Shown piece by piece: positions 48,519 to 59,297 of a DNA stretch of 64,000 nt. Below the pieces are notes generated by a model, which was not told where the DNA came from, did no database searches, and worked only from the letters and a program-made list of their open reading frames with translations. Source of the DNA: a virus (taxonomy: Duplodnaviria; Heunggongvirae; Uroviricota; Caudoviricetes). Each line of letters starts with the position of its first letter. Positions within the stretch are counted from its first letter, which is position 1. A program made the translations under genes and the position numbers. Location: IMG/VR virus record IMGVR_UViG_3300028886_000034, positions 118,081 through 182,080 of that record, one strand, 5' to 3'.

Positions 48519-49510
48519 ACTTACTTAAAGAAATGGATTATACTGAGTATATTGCAAATAAAGTAAATGCAAATGAATTTAAGTATGTAAAAAATAATAT
48601 TGAAGAGTATAACTATTTAAATGAGATATCCTTTGATCCTGTAGATTATGCTAAATCTGCCACTCCTCAGAATGCTTTAGATATTATCAATAATCTGTAT
48701 GAAAAGAACTATTTGTATTTAGCTAAACAACCATGGGCAGACTTACTTATAAAAAGAATTAGAAAGGATATTAAAAGAGGATTCTGCCAGTTAGTTAGTA
48801 TTGAACCAAGTATGTTTGTCAAATTTATGAGAATGGCACGGCCAGTATTAGCATTATTTAGTAAGGCTCATTTATTTACACAAACCTTAAATGACTTAGA
48901 TAATTTTTATGAAACTGGTTTAGGTGGTTGTTATATCCCATCTACTAATAAGATGCTTATAGTTGCTAGATATATAGATAGAGATAGACTTAATTTAGAT
49001 ATCTTTAAAATAATCTTACATGAATATTGTCATTATTATGCCGAAAAAAGACATAAGCAGTATGTTGAGTTATTTAAAAATATGTGCTTAGTATTCTATA
49101 CTAGTTTAGTTGAAACTATTTGTAAAATGATTAATCTTGATTTAAATAAAGAAAGTAAGATACAATTAGTAACAGCTATAATGGACGGGGCATTTAACTA
49201 TAAGCAGAATAAAAATAGTTTAAGAAAGATGCTGGATAGAATGTGGGATATTGATAGTAAATTTACAGATACTTATTTCCATATGTTATTATCTAGAAGG
49301 GATTATGTAATTAATGATAATTATTTTGAATTAGCTAATGAAGTATTGACAACAGCCTATGGAAGTATTGGGAATGATCAGATAAGAAATCATATAGATA
49401 GGTTTAATTTTAGCTATCAAGAGTTTTATTGTGCAGATGAAATAGTTGCTATTATGAGCTATTATAAACCTAATAAAAGACCTTATTTAGAAATGTTAAG
49501 GACTTTATAA
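48515..49510 (+). CDS. Hypothetical protein with HExxH motif
   Basis: ILHEYCH. Start moved to ATG 48515 after GGAGG (ATGA overlap). Confidence 0.65.
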   Translation: MNLLKEMDYTEYIANKVNANEFKYVKNNIEEYNYLNEISFDPVDYAKSATPQNALDIINNLYEKNYLYLAKQPWADLLIKRIRKDIKRGFCQLVSIEPSMFVKFMRMARPVLALFSKAHLFTQTLNDLDNFYETGLGGCYIPSTNKMLIVARYIDRDRLNLDIFKIILHEYCHYYAEKRHKQYVELFKNMCLVFYTSLVETICKMINLDLNKESKIQLVTAIMDGAFNYKQNKNSLRKMLDRMWDIDSKFTDTYFHMLLSRRDYVINDNYFELANEVLTTAYGSIGNDQIRNHIDRFNFSYQEFYCADEIVAIMSYYKPNKRPYLEMLRTL

Positions 49511-51328
49511 ATGCCTAATATAACTTCATTAGCAGATGCTGCATTAGAAAAACTTAAATGCAGAGATTTGGAAACAGGTTTCCAATATTTTTTAGAAAAC
49601 TATGCTATGCTGCCTGAATCAGGTACAGGTAAATTAATTCATTTTAAACCTTGGCCTATTCAAGAAAAAACTTATATAAAAACTTGGGTAGATATTTGGA
49701 AAAAAGAACGAGAGGCTTCTGATAATGGAACTAAACCGGATAAGAATGGTATGATATTTATGGCATCGAGACAGTGTGGTAAAACACAATTGTCTGAAGG
49801 TTTAAGTTCATGGCTATTAACTTGTTTTGATAATTATGAAATATTACATTTTACTAAAGATACTACATTTGCTAAAAAGACTATATCTGAAGTTCATGCT
49901 ATGATAGATAATCTTCCTAAGTTTTTAAGACCAGAATATGTGACAGATACTAAGGATAAAGGGTTTACTTTAGCTAATGGTTCTGCTTTTAGAGTTGAAT
50001 CTGCAAATAGTTCAAGTAAAAAAGGTGGTTCTGCTAAAGGTAGAGGTTACAGACCGCTTTTAGTGTGGATTGACGAGGCTGCTTTTGTAGACCTTAAAGA
50101 ACACTTATCTGCTATTTTACCTGCTACTTCAATGAGCTTTACGGTAGCTTTAAAAAATAAAATTCCTTATGGTGTTATATATACTTCTACTCCTAATGGT
50201 AGATCTGGAACTGGGCAAGGATTCTATGAAGAGTGGATGGCTTGCGAACAGGGAGATCCTACTAACTTAATTGCAGTTAAATATCTATGGAGTGAAACTG
50301 GAGTATATGATGATAAATGGTTTGAAGGAGTTTGCGCCGCAGAGCATTGTACTCCAGATAAAATCAATGCTAAAGTTGATCAGGAGTATAACCTTAAATT
50401 TATTGCTAATGATCAGTCATTATTCCCTAATGAAATTATGGGAGATTTACAAGATGAATCAAAAGCAACTAAACCAGTTTCTGAAGAAAAATTTACAGAT
50501 GGCTATATTAAATGGTTTGAATTGCCTAATCCTAATAAAGGATATATAGTAGGCATAGATACAGCTACTATGGATGGTACTGACTCATCAACTATAGAAG
50601 TTATAGATTATCATACTGAGAATCAGGTTTGTGAGGCTAAATTTAAATGTTCTGTTACAGATTTTTGCGATAGATATATACCTAAAGTATTAGATTATTT
50701 ACCATATAAATTAATTGCTATAGAGAAGAATGGCGTTGGCAACCAGACATTAGAAATGCTTTCAAAGAAATATAAATTTGATATATTTGGGGATTATAGC
50801 GATATTTACAATCCTAAGTTAGGCATACATTCTACAGTAAATAGTAGAAGATTATGTGTGGAGCAGATTTATAACTTATTTATGTATAATTTGGACAAAG
50901 TAAAATCATATCAATTAAGATTAGAAGCAACTACATTAGAAAGAAGAAGAAATGGCAGAATCGAAGGGGTACCTCATGATGATCTTTGTTTTGCTATAGG
51001 TTGGTGTAGATATTTACTAGAGCATGAACAGAAGTTTGTTTTTAATCATTTAAAAAATGCTAGAAATAGACAAACAGATTCTGAACTAATGGATATGCTC
51101 CCAGAAATTAATAATGATCTTAAAGATGGGTACAATCCAAACTTATCAGAAAGAAATCAAAATGCACAAGTTATGTCTGGAGGTTCTGAAGTAGTTCAAA
51201 GATTACTTGAGAATAATACTAGAAATTATACAGGAACTTCTGCGGAAGAAGTTATGGAAATGTTCCAAACATATGGAGTTAGAAAGCACTTAAATTTAGG
51301 CCAAGATGATTGGTCAGATCTTTTATAA
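49511..51328 (+). CDS. terL: Terminase large subunit (T4 gp17-like)
   Basis: Walker A SRQCGKT, Walker B VWIDEAAF, motif C STPNG; nuclease motifs VGIDTA, IEKNGVG, HDDL. Confidence 0.93.
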   Translation: MPNITSLADAALEKLKCRDLETGFQYFLENYAMLPESGTGKLIHFKPWPIQEKTYIKTWVDIWKKEREASDNGTKPDKNGMIFMASRQCGKTQLSEGLSSWLLTCFDNYEILHFTKDTTFAKKTISEVHAMIDNLPKFLRPEYVTDTKDKGFTLANGSAFRVESANSSSKKGGSAKGRGYRPLLVWIDEAAFVDLKEHLSAILPATSMSFTVALKNKIPYGVIYTSTPNGRSGTGQGFYEEWMACEQGDPTNLIAVKYLWSETGVYDDKWFEGVCAAEHCTPDKINAKVDQEYNLKFIANDQSLFPNEIMGDLQDESKATKPVSEEKFTDGYIKWFELPNPNKGYIVGIDTATMDGTDSSTIEVIDYHTENQVCEAKFKCSVTDFCDRYIPKVLDYLPYKLIAIEKNGVGNQTLEMLSKKYKFDIFGDYSDIYNPKLGIHSTVNSRRLCVEQIYNLFMYNLDKVKSYQLRLEATTLERRRNGRIEGVPHDDLCFAIGWCRYLLEHEQKFVFNHLKNARNRQTDSELMDMLPEINNDLKDGYNPNLSERNQNAQVMSGGSEVVQRLLENNTRNYTGTSAEEVMEMFQTYGVRKHLNLGQDDWSDLL

Positions 51329-51337
51329 AAACAGCTA

Positions 51338-51366
51338 TTGACACAGTTACTGAGTTCTGCTATACT
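51338..51366 (+). promoter_or_regulatory. Sigma70/SigA-type promoter
   Basis: TTGACA-17 bp-TATACT. Confidence 0.75.
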
Positions 51367-51401
51367 CTTTCTTAAGATCTAGGGAAAGGGGATATACTTT
51401 A

Positions 51402-52373
51402 ATGGTTACTTTATATGAATATTTACATGAAGTGTGCAATTTAAAGTATATCTCATCTGTAGGAAGTATTGAACAAGATTTGATTAGATTTTATAAATAT
51501 AGTACCAATACTTTAGATTTTGATAGAATACTTATTAATTATGATTCTATTTATACAGAGTTTTGGAATAGAGTAAAGATTCAAAAAGAACTGAATAATG
51601 ATCCTTCTAATAAGATTAAACTTATTAATCCTGAAGTAGGTAAATATAACAATATTGTTAAGCTTGACTTTAAAAGAGCTTTTACGAATTATAGTATAAA
51701 GTATTTAAGTAAAGAAGAATTAAGATTATATAATTATTTTTGTAATAAGATTAGTAGATCTTATTTATTGCCTGAATCAAAGAAGTATTTGTATAATTAT
51801 GTTTTAACTAATATCATATTGAGTTATAGTGGTAAGAACAAATTGAATCAATTAAGATATGATGTATATGAAGATGTGTTATATATGGGTAAGAGATATG
51901 GTGATATTATTAAATCAGAGGTAGATGGATGTTATGTAGTTACAAATGAGTATAATTATACTTATATGGATGTATTGGGCGAATATAGTGTATTTAAATA
52001 TGACTATATATACTTTTTAGATAAAGGCGTACAGATTAACAAGTATGAGAAGTCTGTAGAGATTAAAGGTATTAATAAGTTAGAACCAAATATCTATAGT
52101 ATGTTTATAAAAGAGTTTTTAATTAAGCGTAGTGATAGTGTAATTGAAAACTTCTTTTATAGCAATAAGTATAATATGCATGTAATTGATTGGTGCAAAA
52201 AGAGTAAAGATGGATTAAAAGGAAATCTTTGCTTGAAGAATTCAGTAATTGATTTAGATATAGTTACTGCAGAAGATGTGTATAAGATAAACACATATAA
52301 AGAGTATCTTAATAAGAATAGATACTTTTTGAAGATAAGTAAAGTATTAGAAGAACTAATGCTATTTAAATAA
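51402..52373 (+). CDS. Protein resembling a DNA polymerase palm domain (tentative)
   Basis: VKLDFKRAFTN (motif A-like) and SEVDGCYV (motif C-like); only 323 aa. Confidence 0.4.
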   Translation: MVTLYEYLHEVCNLKYISSVGSIEQDLIRFYKYSTNTLDFDRILINYDSIYTEFWNRVKIQKELNNDPSNKIKLINPEVGKYNNIVKLDFKRAFTNYSIKYLSKEELRLYNYFCNKISRSYLLPESKKYLYNYVLTNIILSYSGKNKLNQLRYDVYEDVLYMGKRYGDIIKSEVDGCYVVTNEYNYTYMDVLGEYSVFKYDYIYFLDKGVQINKYEKSVEIKGINKLEPNIYSMFIKEFLIKRSDSVIENFFYSNKYNMHVIDWCKKSKDGLKGNLCLKNSVIDLDIVTAEDVYKINTYKEYLNKNRYFLKISKVLEELMLFK

Positions 52374-52374
52374 G

Positions 52375-52415
52375 GAAGATATCTGAGCGTTGTTGTTCAG
52401 GTATCTTCATTTTTT
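52375..52415 (+). terminator. Intrinsic terminator
   Basis: GAAGATATCTGAGC...GTTCAGGTATCTTC followed by ATTTTTT. Confidence 0.6.
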
Positions 52416-52474
52416 ATATTTTGAACAAATAAGGAATACACCCATAACTACACTTTTAGAAAGGAAGTGTTTCA

Positions 52475-54457
52475 ATGATAGATAATGTCTTATACAATTT
52501 TAAAAATGATAATGACTGGCAGTTGAATCAGACTAGAACATTAGATCCATTTTCATTATTGCAGTCAAATACTTTAAATCAAATCAATACAATATATGGA
52601 GATAACATAGTTTTAACTGGAATGGAAATGATGACCATTCAGGATACTACTTTAAAGTTACTTATTAGAAGTGGTCAAGTTATTAAAGATAAGGTATTGA
52701 TCCAGTTTAAAAAAGATACAGAAATCTATGTAGATTACAAGAATGAATACTTTAAAAATAAAGTTAAAGATAATTCATTGATGGTAGTTGTTACATATAA
52801 GTATGAGAAAGTGATTCCAGCAAATATTGCTAGAATAGAACTTATAGAAGAAGATGACTATGATCCAGAAATACATTTAGGATTATATAGAATATTCTTT
52901 GATTCTAACGGAGATATTAGTGAAGAAGTTAGATTAATTACACCTAAAGATAATATTATCTATGAACAGATTTTACAAGAATTGAATTCAGTCACTACAT
53001 CTGCAGTGTATAATGTTTTAGGAGAAATGGGTAATGAAAAGTTAGGAGATCTGTTAGGAACTTATATTAGAGTTAAAGGTACTTCTATTTCAGGATATCA
53101 TACTACAGATAAGTATTACTTATGTAGAGCTTTACCTAAAAATAATTATAATGTAGATACTGGAGTTAATGAAATTTATAATAATAGCTTAAGGATTATA
53201 GCTACATATAATGTTGATTCTAAATTTTATCAGAATGAGTATTTGATGTATATCAATTCAAATACTTTGGAATGGAAGTTAAATACCCAATTCATTACAA
53301 ATGACTCTACTTTAACAGGATATACTGTTTATCATGATTTACTTGTATATGAAGATCCAGAGTATTATTATGTCTATGTTAAATTTAGAGGTGACGTTAA
53401 GGGTGGAGTAGAGGTATATGAAGTAGTATATAACTCAGATCAGGTTATACCTTGTAATATTGAAGAGTTAGCTCCAGATTTAACAACACAATTTAAAGTA
53501 TTCTTTGGATCAGAAAAGACTCGTAGGATTCCTACTAATACATATATTAATAACTGTCTTATTTGGAACTATTCAAATATGGGTCATGAAAGTGGCTTAG
53601 ATGCAGATTTATTAGACGGTAAGCATGGAGCATACTATGAAAAATTAGTACAGGATTTAAGAGAATACGTAGAACAGGAAGTAGAAAGATTAGCTGCTAA
53701 GATAGACCAGCTAAGACAGGATACTGAAACTTATTATATTAAAAAAGAACAGAAGCATAGTCCTAATGGAGTTGCAATATTAACTGATACTAATAGAGAG
53801 TATAAAAGTACATATAATCCAGATTTAGAACCAGAAACTTTAACTGATTCTTCTGAAATAGGTGGAGTAGTTCCACAATCAGAATTATATGTGTATAGAA
53901 TGTTTGGAGATGAAAACCAGGAGCATAGTGTAGAATTTACACATACTAATGTTGACCCTACTGGTACTAAAAGAATTAATTGTGAGGGCTATTTCCATGC
54001 TACCAAAGTTTATAATCCATTATTTAAGGATATTGCGGAGGTATTTGAAGCAGAATCTGGATGTAGCAGAAGTAATTGTGTTCATAAGATAATGGCATTA
54101 GATTGTTCTTCTGGAGTAGTTAGACCATGTAAAACAACGGATTATGCTATAATTGGAGTGTGCTCAGATACATATGGTACATTATTAGGTTCTTCTGAAG
54201 AAGAGATGGAATCTAAAGGAAATCTACTTCCAATAGCTTTATGTGGTACTGTTTGGGTTGAATTAGAAAATAGCTTAGAACCAGATTATCCTAATAATTA
54301 TTTAGGATGTTTAGTTGGACCTGGTACTAATGGTAAGGGTAGAATTATATCTAGAATGGATAAAAGAGTTTGTGTTGGTATGATTGTTGAGTATAATCCA
54401 GATACCTCGAAAGGAAAGAATTTAGTTAAAATCTTAGTTGGAAGTTATTTCAAATGA
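52475..54457 (+). CDS. Virion structural/tail fibre-like protein
   Basis: GLDADLLDGK motif. C-terminal DIAEVFE...IGVCSD...PIALCGTVWV domain is of a type seen at fibre/spike C-termini. Confidence 0.6.
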   Translation: MIDNVLYNFKNDNDWQLNQTRTLDPFSLLQSNTLNQINTIYGDNIVLTGMEMMTIQDTTLKLLIRSGQVIKDKVLIQFKKDTEIYVDYKNEYFKNKVKDNSLMVVVTYKYEKVIPANIARIELIEEDDYDPEIHLGLYRIFFDSNGDISEEVRLITPKDNIIYEQILQELNSVTTSAVYNVLGEMGNEKLGDLLGTYIRVKGTSISGYHTTDKYYLCRALPKNNYNVDTGVNEIYNNSLRIIATYNVDSKFYQNEYLMYINSNTLEWKLNTQFITNDSTLTGYTVYHDLLVYEDPEYYYVYVKFRGDVKGGVEVYEVVYNSDQVIPCNIEELAPDLTTQFKVFFGSEKTRRIPTNTYINNCLIWNYSNMGHESGLDADLLDGKHGAYYEKLVQDLREYVEQEVERLAAKIDQLRQDTETYYIKKEQKHSPNGVAILTDTNREYKSTYNPDLEPETLTDSSEIGGVVPQSELYVYRMFGDENQEHSVEFTHTNVDPTGTKRINCEGYFHATKVYNPLFKDIAEVFEAESGCSRSNCVHKIMALDCSSGVVRPCKTTDYAIIGVCSDTYGTLLGSSEEEMESKGNLLPIALCGTVWVELENSLEPDYPNNYLGCLVGPGTNGKGRIISRMDKRVCVGMIVEYNPDTSKGKNLVKILVGSYFK

Positions 54458-54873
54458 GATATAAATTAATCCTTAAAGAAGATTTGGGTAATACTCCTAA
54501 AGGTTATAAAGATATAAATCATATTATAGATAACTGTAATGAATGGTTTGAAAATAATGGTAATAAATCTGATTTAAAAATATGGAAACAACATATACAA
54601 ATAAGAAATTGGGCCAAAGAACTTAAAAAGTATAGAAGTAAGTTTGGCCCAATTACTTTTGAAAGAAAATTAAGTGAATTAAAATTAAAAAAGAAACCAA
54701 CTGATAAAGATGGTTTTATAACTTTAGATACAGCTATACTCAGTATGTTTAGAAATTGGAAACATAAGAAGTACGATTTAGAAGATAAGAATAGGGAGTT
54801 AATGTATTGCTTAATTGAGTTAAGGGAGTATAGAAAGAAATTTAAAAAACAAGATTTTAGTGGAAAGTTTTAA
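54454..54873 (+). CDS. Putative internal head protein (MRYKLILKE leader)
   Basis: Same leader as the 27-31 kb cluster; ATGA overlap. Confidence 0.7.
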   Translation: MRYKLILKEDLGNTPKGYKDINHIIDNCNEWFENNGNKSDLKIWKQHIQIRNWAKELKKYRSKFGPITFERKLSELKLKKKPTDKDGFITLDTAILSMFRNWKHKKYDLEDKNRELMYCLIELREYRKKFKKQDFSGKF

Positions 54874-54897
54874 TAATAAGAGGTGGTGAGATAACTA

Positions 54898-57800
54898 ATG
54901 GCAAATGCTTCACCAACAACAAAAGTAGTTCCATCATTTGATCCTTTTGATATTAAAGAACAGATAGTGGAGCTCGCACAAAACTATTTTAATTTAGATG
55001 AAATTGATACATATGAATCAGGTTTTATGGGATACTTGATTCAAGCATTAACTTATTTAACAAGTGATGTATTATATCAGAATGCTTTATCATATAATGA
55101 AGCTTTTTTAAATAGAGCTTTATTAAGAACTTCAGTAACACATATCGCAGATCAATTAGATTATAAGATTAAAAATGCTACTCCAGCGATGGGAACATTA
55201 ACAGTAGCAGTTCCAATTACTTTAAATCATAATACCAGTATTAAGATAAGTGCAGGTTCAGATATTAATGCTGGAGGAATACCATATAAAGTTTATAATA
55301 CTTATTATATTAAACAGGGAAGAAATGGATTACACGTTACAGCATATAATTCTGATACTGGATTAGTAGAAGCTATTCCATATAATATAGAAATGCATGA
55401 TGGAGATATTACAGTAGTATTTGGAATACAAATATGGCAGGTTAATATCTATACTTATGATTTAGAGATAGATAATCCAGTGTTATATCAATTCTATAAA
55501 ACTACTGTAACTGGATTTGAAGGAGAATTATATCGAGTTACTGTAGATATAGAAGAAGAAAAATATAAAGAAATTAAATCTATTTATCAAAGTACTTATG
55601 ATGGTCGAGAATATGAACTGAGTTATTCTCCTTCTAATGGAGACGAAGAAAGTAAATTAACAATTAAATTAGGTAATGGAGTATATGGATATCAGCCTAA
55701 ATCTGGAGCTAAAGGAACAATAACAATTTATACTACATTAGGCGCATCAGGTAATATTGCGTCTGATGTGGCTAGATTTGATGCCAGATTAATTAATACT
55801 TTAGATACTTCTGAGGGAGAACTCACAGTATTAAGTACTAATAGATTAGCTATTCAAAATGGAAGAGATGCTGAAACCTTACAAGAAATTAAAAGACATA
55901 CTGTAGAATCTATTAGTGCAGCTAAAAGATTAGTTACTCAAGAGGATTATAAAGGTTATGCCGGAGTAACTGGGTTAACCAATATTATAGCTATGCCAAT
56001 GTTAAATCGAAGAGATGTTGTAGGTAATGATATTACTATTTATAACGCTTTATATGATTCAGATTATAAATTAGTTCCAACAGCATCAATACCAGTTAGA
56101 TTAGATTCAGCAAATCCTAGAATTAATAAAGGTACTAAAATTGTTGGATTTGATGGTAATGAATATTGCTGTCCTTTTGATATTATATACGACGATAGTT
56201 ATGATGTACCCACTACACAGTATGTTTATAATTTAGCATCTACAAAAGTAGCTCCTATATTATTTACAGATACTACTCCTGATGATGTTGAAATGGCAGT
56301 AAGAATGGCTCAGGCTAAAGTTTATCCAAATACTGAAGAGCTAGTTTATACAATTGAAATAGCTAAATTAGATACTATGAAAGTAGAAAATATTAGTGCT
56401 ATTTTATATATTAATAATAATTCAGAACAGATACCATTAAACTTTACTCAGGAATATAATAATAAGACAGTTATGAACATGTCTTCAGATGCTATTTCAT
56501 ATGTTAATTATCCAGTAGGAGAATTCCCTTGGAAAGTAGTTTTATATTATACCTATCCTAATACAACTGAAGCTATTGAATATGCTACGTATACTGGCAC
56601 TTTCAATATATTTGAATCTGGAGCTATTGTTGAGGATGAAGAAATTACTGAATTAGTAACTAGTTCTAATACAGATACTTACTTATCTATTAAAGAATTT
56701 AGTTTTAAATTAAATAATGATAAGCAAAGTGGCGTATTTTCAGTACCAGTATTAGTATTAAATACTGAAGATTATTTAGGTAATAAAATAGATACTTCTT
56801 CGTTCTATGTTACTGGGTATTTAAGAGATCCTTATACTGGGGAATTCAATAGAGAAATGACCTTTGTTTTGCATGGTATTGGGGAAGGTAGGTATACTTA
56901 TAGCAGTAAAACAGTACCTTTATCAGATCTTTATGAAGGTAATATAGATGTCCAGTTTAGAATCTATGTAAAAGATGCAAATGGTGTTTTTAATGTTTTG
57001 TATAATATTTACGAAGGAAACTTTGTTATATTAACTGAAGGAAAAAGAGCTCCAGATACTATTCAAGATAAGGTTACAGAATACAGTTCTGAACCTAAGA
57101 TAGAAATGGTTCATTTAGGGCTTTCATCTATAGATATTTCATCTCCAGATAATGGAGAAAGTTATGTTTTTATTTGTAATGTCAATAAGTTACCTCAAAA
57201 TGCATCTTCTAAAATTACAGTTAATTTAACTATGACTACTAATAGTTATGATCTAAGTCAGACAAATGAGTACTATATGGAATACACTGGAGATATGATA
57301 GAAGTAGAAGATGATGATGAGAGAAGTAAATCATCTATGTGTGTATTTACTTCACCAAAAATAAAAAGTGAAAACATACCTACTGGTCAAGTTACTTTTA
57401 AAATTACTTTAAAGTATGATGGTAAAAACATTGCTACCTATAAACAAAGTACTATTTTTAAACAAGATATTACTAGAATTATTAGAAGTGATGTCCATAG
57501 ATTTACCGATGGGTTATTATATGCTTGTAATGTTCCAGTAATTCTTAAAGAATGGTACGACCAAAATTTAGAGTATCTTGATCAGGAAATACTTTCAAGA
57601 TTCTTAAATCTTAGTAATACCTTTAATCAATATGGTATGATTACAGATAGAATCAATATTAAGTTTGTAAGAACTTGTGGTAAGAGTACTAATATGACGT
57701 TAAATAACTATATGCCTAATCCAGTTAAAAGTTATAATGAAGATTTTAGTATAGATTTACCAGTTAAAATACATATTAGATTATTTGTATCTGAGGATGT

Positions 57801-58092
57801 TCAAACAGATATTAATGACATTATAACTGAAGCTAAGAATGTTGTTTATACCTTCTTACAATTAAAGTCTGGGTTTAATGCTAATATATATAGATCTGAG
57901 TTAGCCAGATATGTCCACGATGCTTTAGAAGATATTCTATTCTGTGAAGTAGTTGAACCTACAGATGAAATTATTTATAGTTTTGACATAGATAAGATTC
58001 CTAGATCAGAATATGAAGTCTTATATAAGTATTGCCCAGAATATATTTGGTTTGATAAAGATAATATTGAAATTGAAGTTCAGTTAATGTAA
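54898..58092 (+). CDS. Baseplate wedge protein (T4 gp6-like)
   Basis: NEAFL..A..RTSV..IA..LDY, GNGVYG..P, GASGN, G.DAETL.EIK, RLVTQEDY. Confidence 0.85.
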   Translation: MANASPTTKVVPSFDPFDIKEQIVELAQNYFNLDEIDTYESGFMGYLIQALTYLTSDVLYQNALSYNEAFLNRALLRTSVTHIADQLDYKIKNATPAMGTLTVAVPITLNHNTSIKISAGSDINAGGIPYKVYNTYYIKQGRNGLHVTAYNSDTGLVEAIPYNIEMHDGDITVVFGIQIWQVNIYTYDLEIDNPVLYQFYKTTVTGFEGELYRVTVDIEEEKYKEIKSIYQSTYDGREYELSYSPSNGDEESKLTIKLGNGVYGYQPKSGAKGTITIYTTLGASGNIASDVARFDARLINTLDTSEGELTVLSTNRLAIQNGRDAETLQEIKRHTVESISAAKRLVTQEDYKGYAGVTGLTNIIAMPMLNRRDVVGNDITIYNALYDSDYKLVPTASIPVRLDSANPRINKGTKIVGFDGNEYCCPFDIIYDDSYDVPTTQYVYNLASTKVAPILFTDTTPDDVEMAVRMAQAKVYPNTEELVYTIEIAKLDTMKVENISAILYINNNSEQIPLNFTQEYNNKTVMNMSSDAISYVNYPVGEFPWKVVLYYTYPNTTEAIEYATYTGTFNIFESGAIVEDEEITELVTSSNTDTYLSIKEFSFKLNNDKQSGVFSVPVLVLNTEDYLGNKIDTSSFYVTGYLRDPYTGEFNREMTFVLHGIGEGRYTYSSKTVPLSDLYEGNIDVQFRIYVKDANGVFNVLYNIYEGNFVILTEGKRAPDTIQDKVTEYSSEPKIEMVHLGLSSIDISSPDNGESYVFICNVNKLPQNASSKITVNLTMTTNSYDLSQTNEYYMEYTGDMIEVEDDDERSKSSMCVFTSPKIKSENIPTGQVTFKITLKYDGKNIATYKQSTIFKQDITRIIRSDVHRFTDGLLYACNVPVILKEWYDQNLEYLDQEILSRFLNLSNTFNQYGMITDRINIKFVRTCGKSTNMTLNNYMPNPVKSYNEDFSIDLPVKIHIRLFVSEDVQTDINDIITEAKNVVYTFLQLKSGFNANIYRSELARYVHDALEDILFCEVVEPTDEIIYSFDIDKIPRSEYEVLYKYCPEYIWFDKDNIEIEVQLM

Positions 58093-58109
58093 GGAGGGAT
58101 ATATTATAG

Positions 58110-59273
58110 ATGTCAGTTACTAAAGTAAGATATAATCAAATGGCTCCTATACCAGAACCAGATGATACTGCTGTTGATTTAAGCAATGCTCAAGTTATTG
58201 ATGGTGAAAAAACTTTTAAAAAACCAATTAACTTATATCCAAATACGACTACAGCTAATACTGGTGGTCAGATTAATTTTCATTATAATCAAAGCAGTAA
58301 TGCTACTTCTTCTATAGTAGAAAATGCTAGTGGGCAGATTAGAGTGAATGGCGATTTAGATTTAAATGGTAAAATAATGAATAACCCATTAAAAAAAGAA
58401 ATACCTTTAACTAGAGGAGTCATATCTAGTGGCGGTGGAGCTTATACTTTAATTGGTCATACAGATAATTCAAATAATAATATTGCTAGAATATTGAATG
58501 ATTATGGATATACTAATTCTACTACCTTCAGAAATACTATTGGATTTTATTTATATAATCCTACTGATACATCAACAGGTTCTGTTAGTAGTCTAGGAAT
58601 AACTTATAATCAAGATGGTATCTTAACATTTGCTCCAACCCCAGCTACTACAGATAATAGTACTCAGATTGCAACTACCGCATATGTTAAATCTAATTTG
58701 TCTAATTACGCTATAGTAAATTCACCAACTTTTACTGGAGAACCTAAATCTACTACTCCTGCTTCTACAGATAATTCTACTAGAATAGCTACAACAGCGT
58801 TTGTTAATAATAGATTACCATATACTACAGGTACTTGGACTCCTGCTTTAACTGGAAGAAATACTAAGGGAGCATTAACATATTCTATTCAGACAGGAAC
58901 ATATTATAAGATAGGCCATTTAGTTTATATTTTTGGTAGAGTTAAGGTTTCTGGAGTAACTACACAACCTGTGGGTAATGTGGGCATAGAAGGGTTTCCC
59001 TTTTCTAGTAATGGGTTGTTTGTTAGTATTAATTTTCAAGGTTATGGCGGAGCTAGTAATTCATTTAGAAAAGCCACAGTTGGTTATTGGGATGGAGCTA
59101 AATCTATGATGTGTATCCATGGTAATTCTGCTACATCTATGGGAATGGTAGACCACTTAATGTTTAGTACCTCTTCTGTAGCCGATAGGTATATACAGTT
59201 TAATTCTACAAATACATCTGCAGATGGTCTTGGGCATTTCTTATTCTCAGGTTGGTATTCAACCAATGCATAA
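58110..59273 (+). CDS. Tail fibre protein
   Basis: DNSTQIATTAYVK repeats; TGTWTPAL...GTYYKIG.LVYI fibre-tip segment. Confidence 0.75.
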   Translation: MSVTKVRYNQMAPIPEPDDTAVDLSNAQVIDGEKTFKKPINLYPNTTTANTGGQINFHYNQSSNATSSIVENASGQIRVNGDLDLNGKIMNNPLKKEIPLTRGVISSGGGAYTLIGHTDNSNNNIARILNDYGYTNSTTFRNTIGFYLYNPTDTSTGSVSSLGITYNQDGILTFAPTPATTDNSTQIATTAYVKSNLSNYAIVNSPTFTGEPKSTTPASTDNSTRIATTAFVNNRLPYTTGTWTPALTGRNTKGALTYSIQTGTYYKIGHLVYIFGRVKVSGVTTQPVGNVGIEGFPFSSNGLFVSINFQGYGGASNSFRKATVGYWDGAKSMMCIHGNSATSMGMVDHLMFSTSSVADRYIQFNSTNTSADGLGHFLFSGWYSTNA

Positions 59274-59297
59274 TGTAATGGAGAGGTTGATATAATA

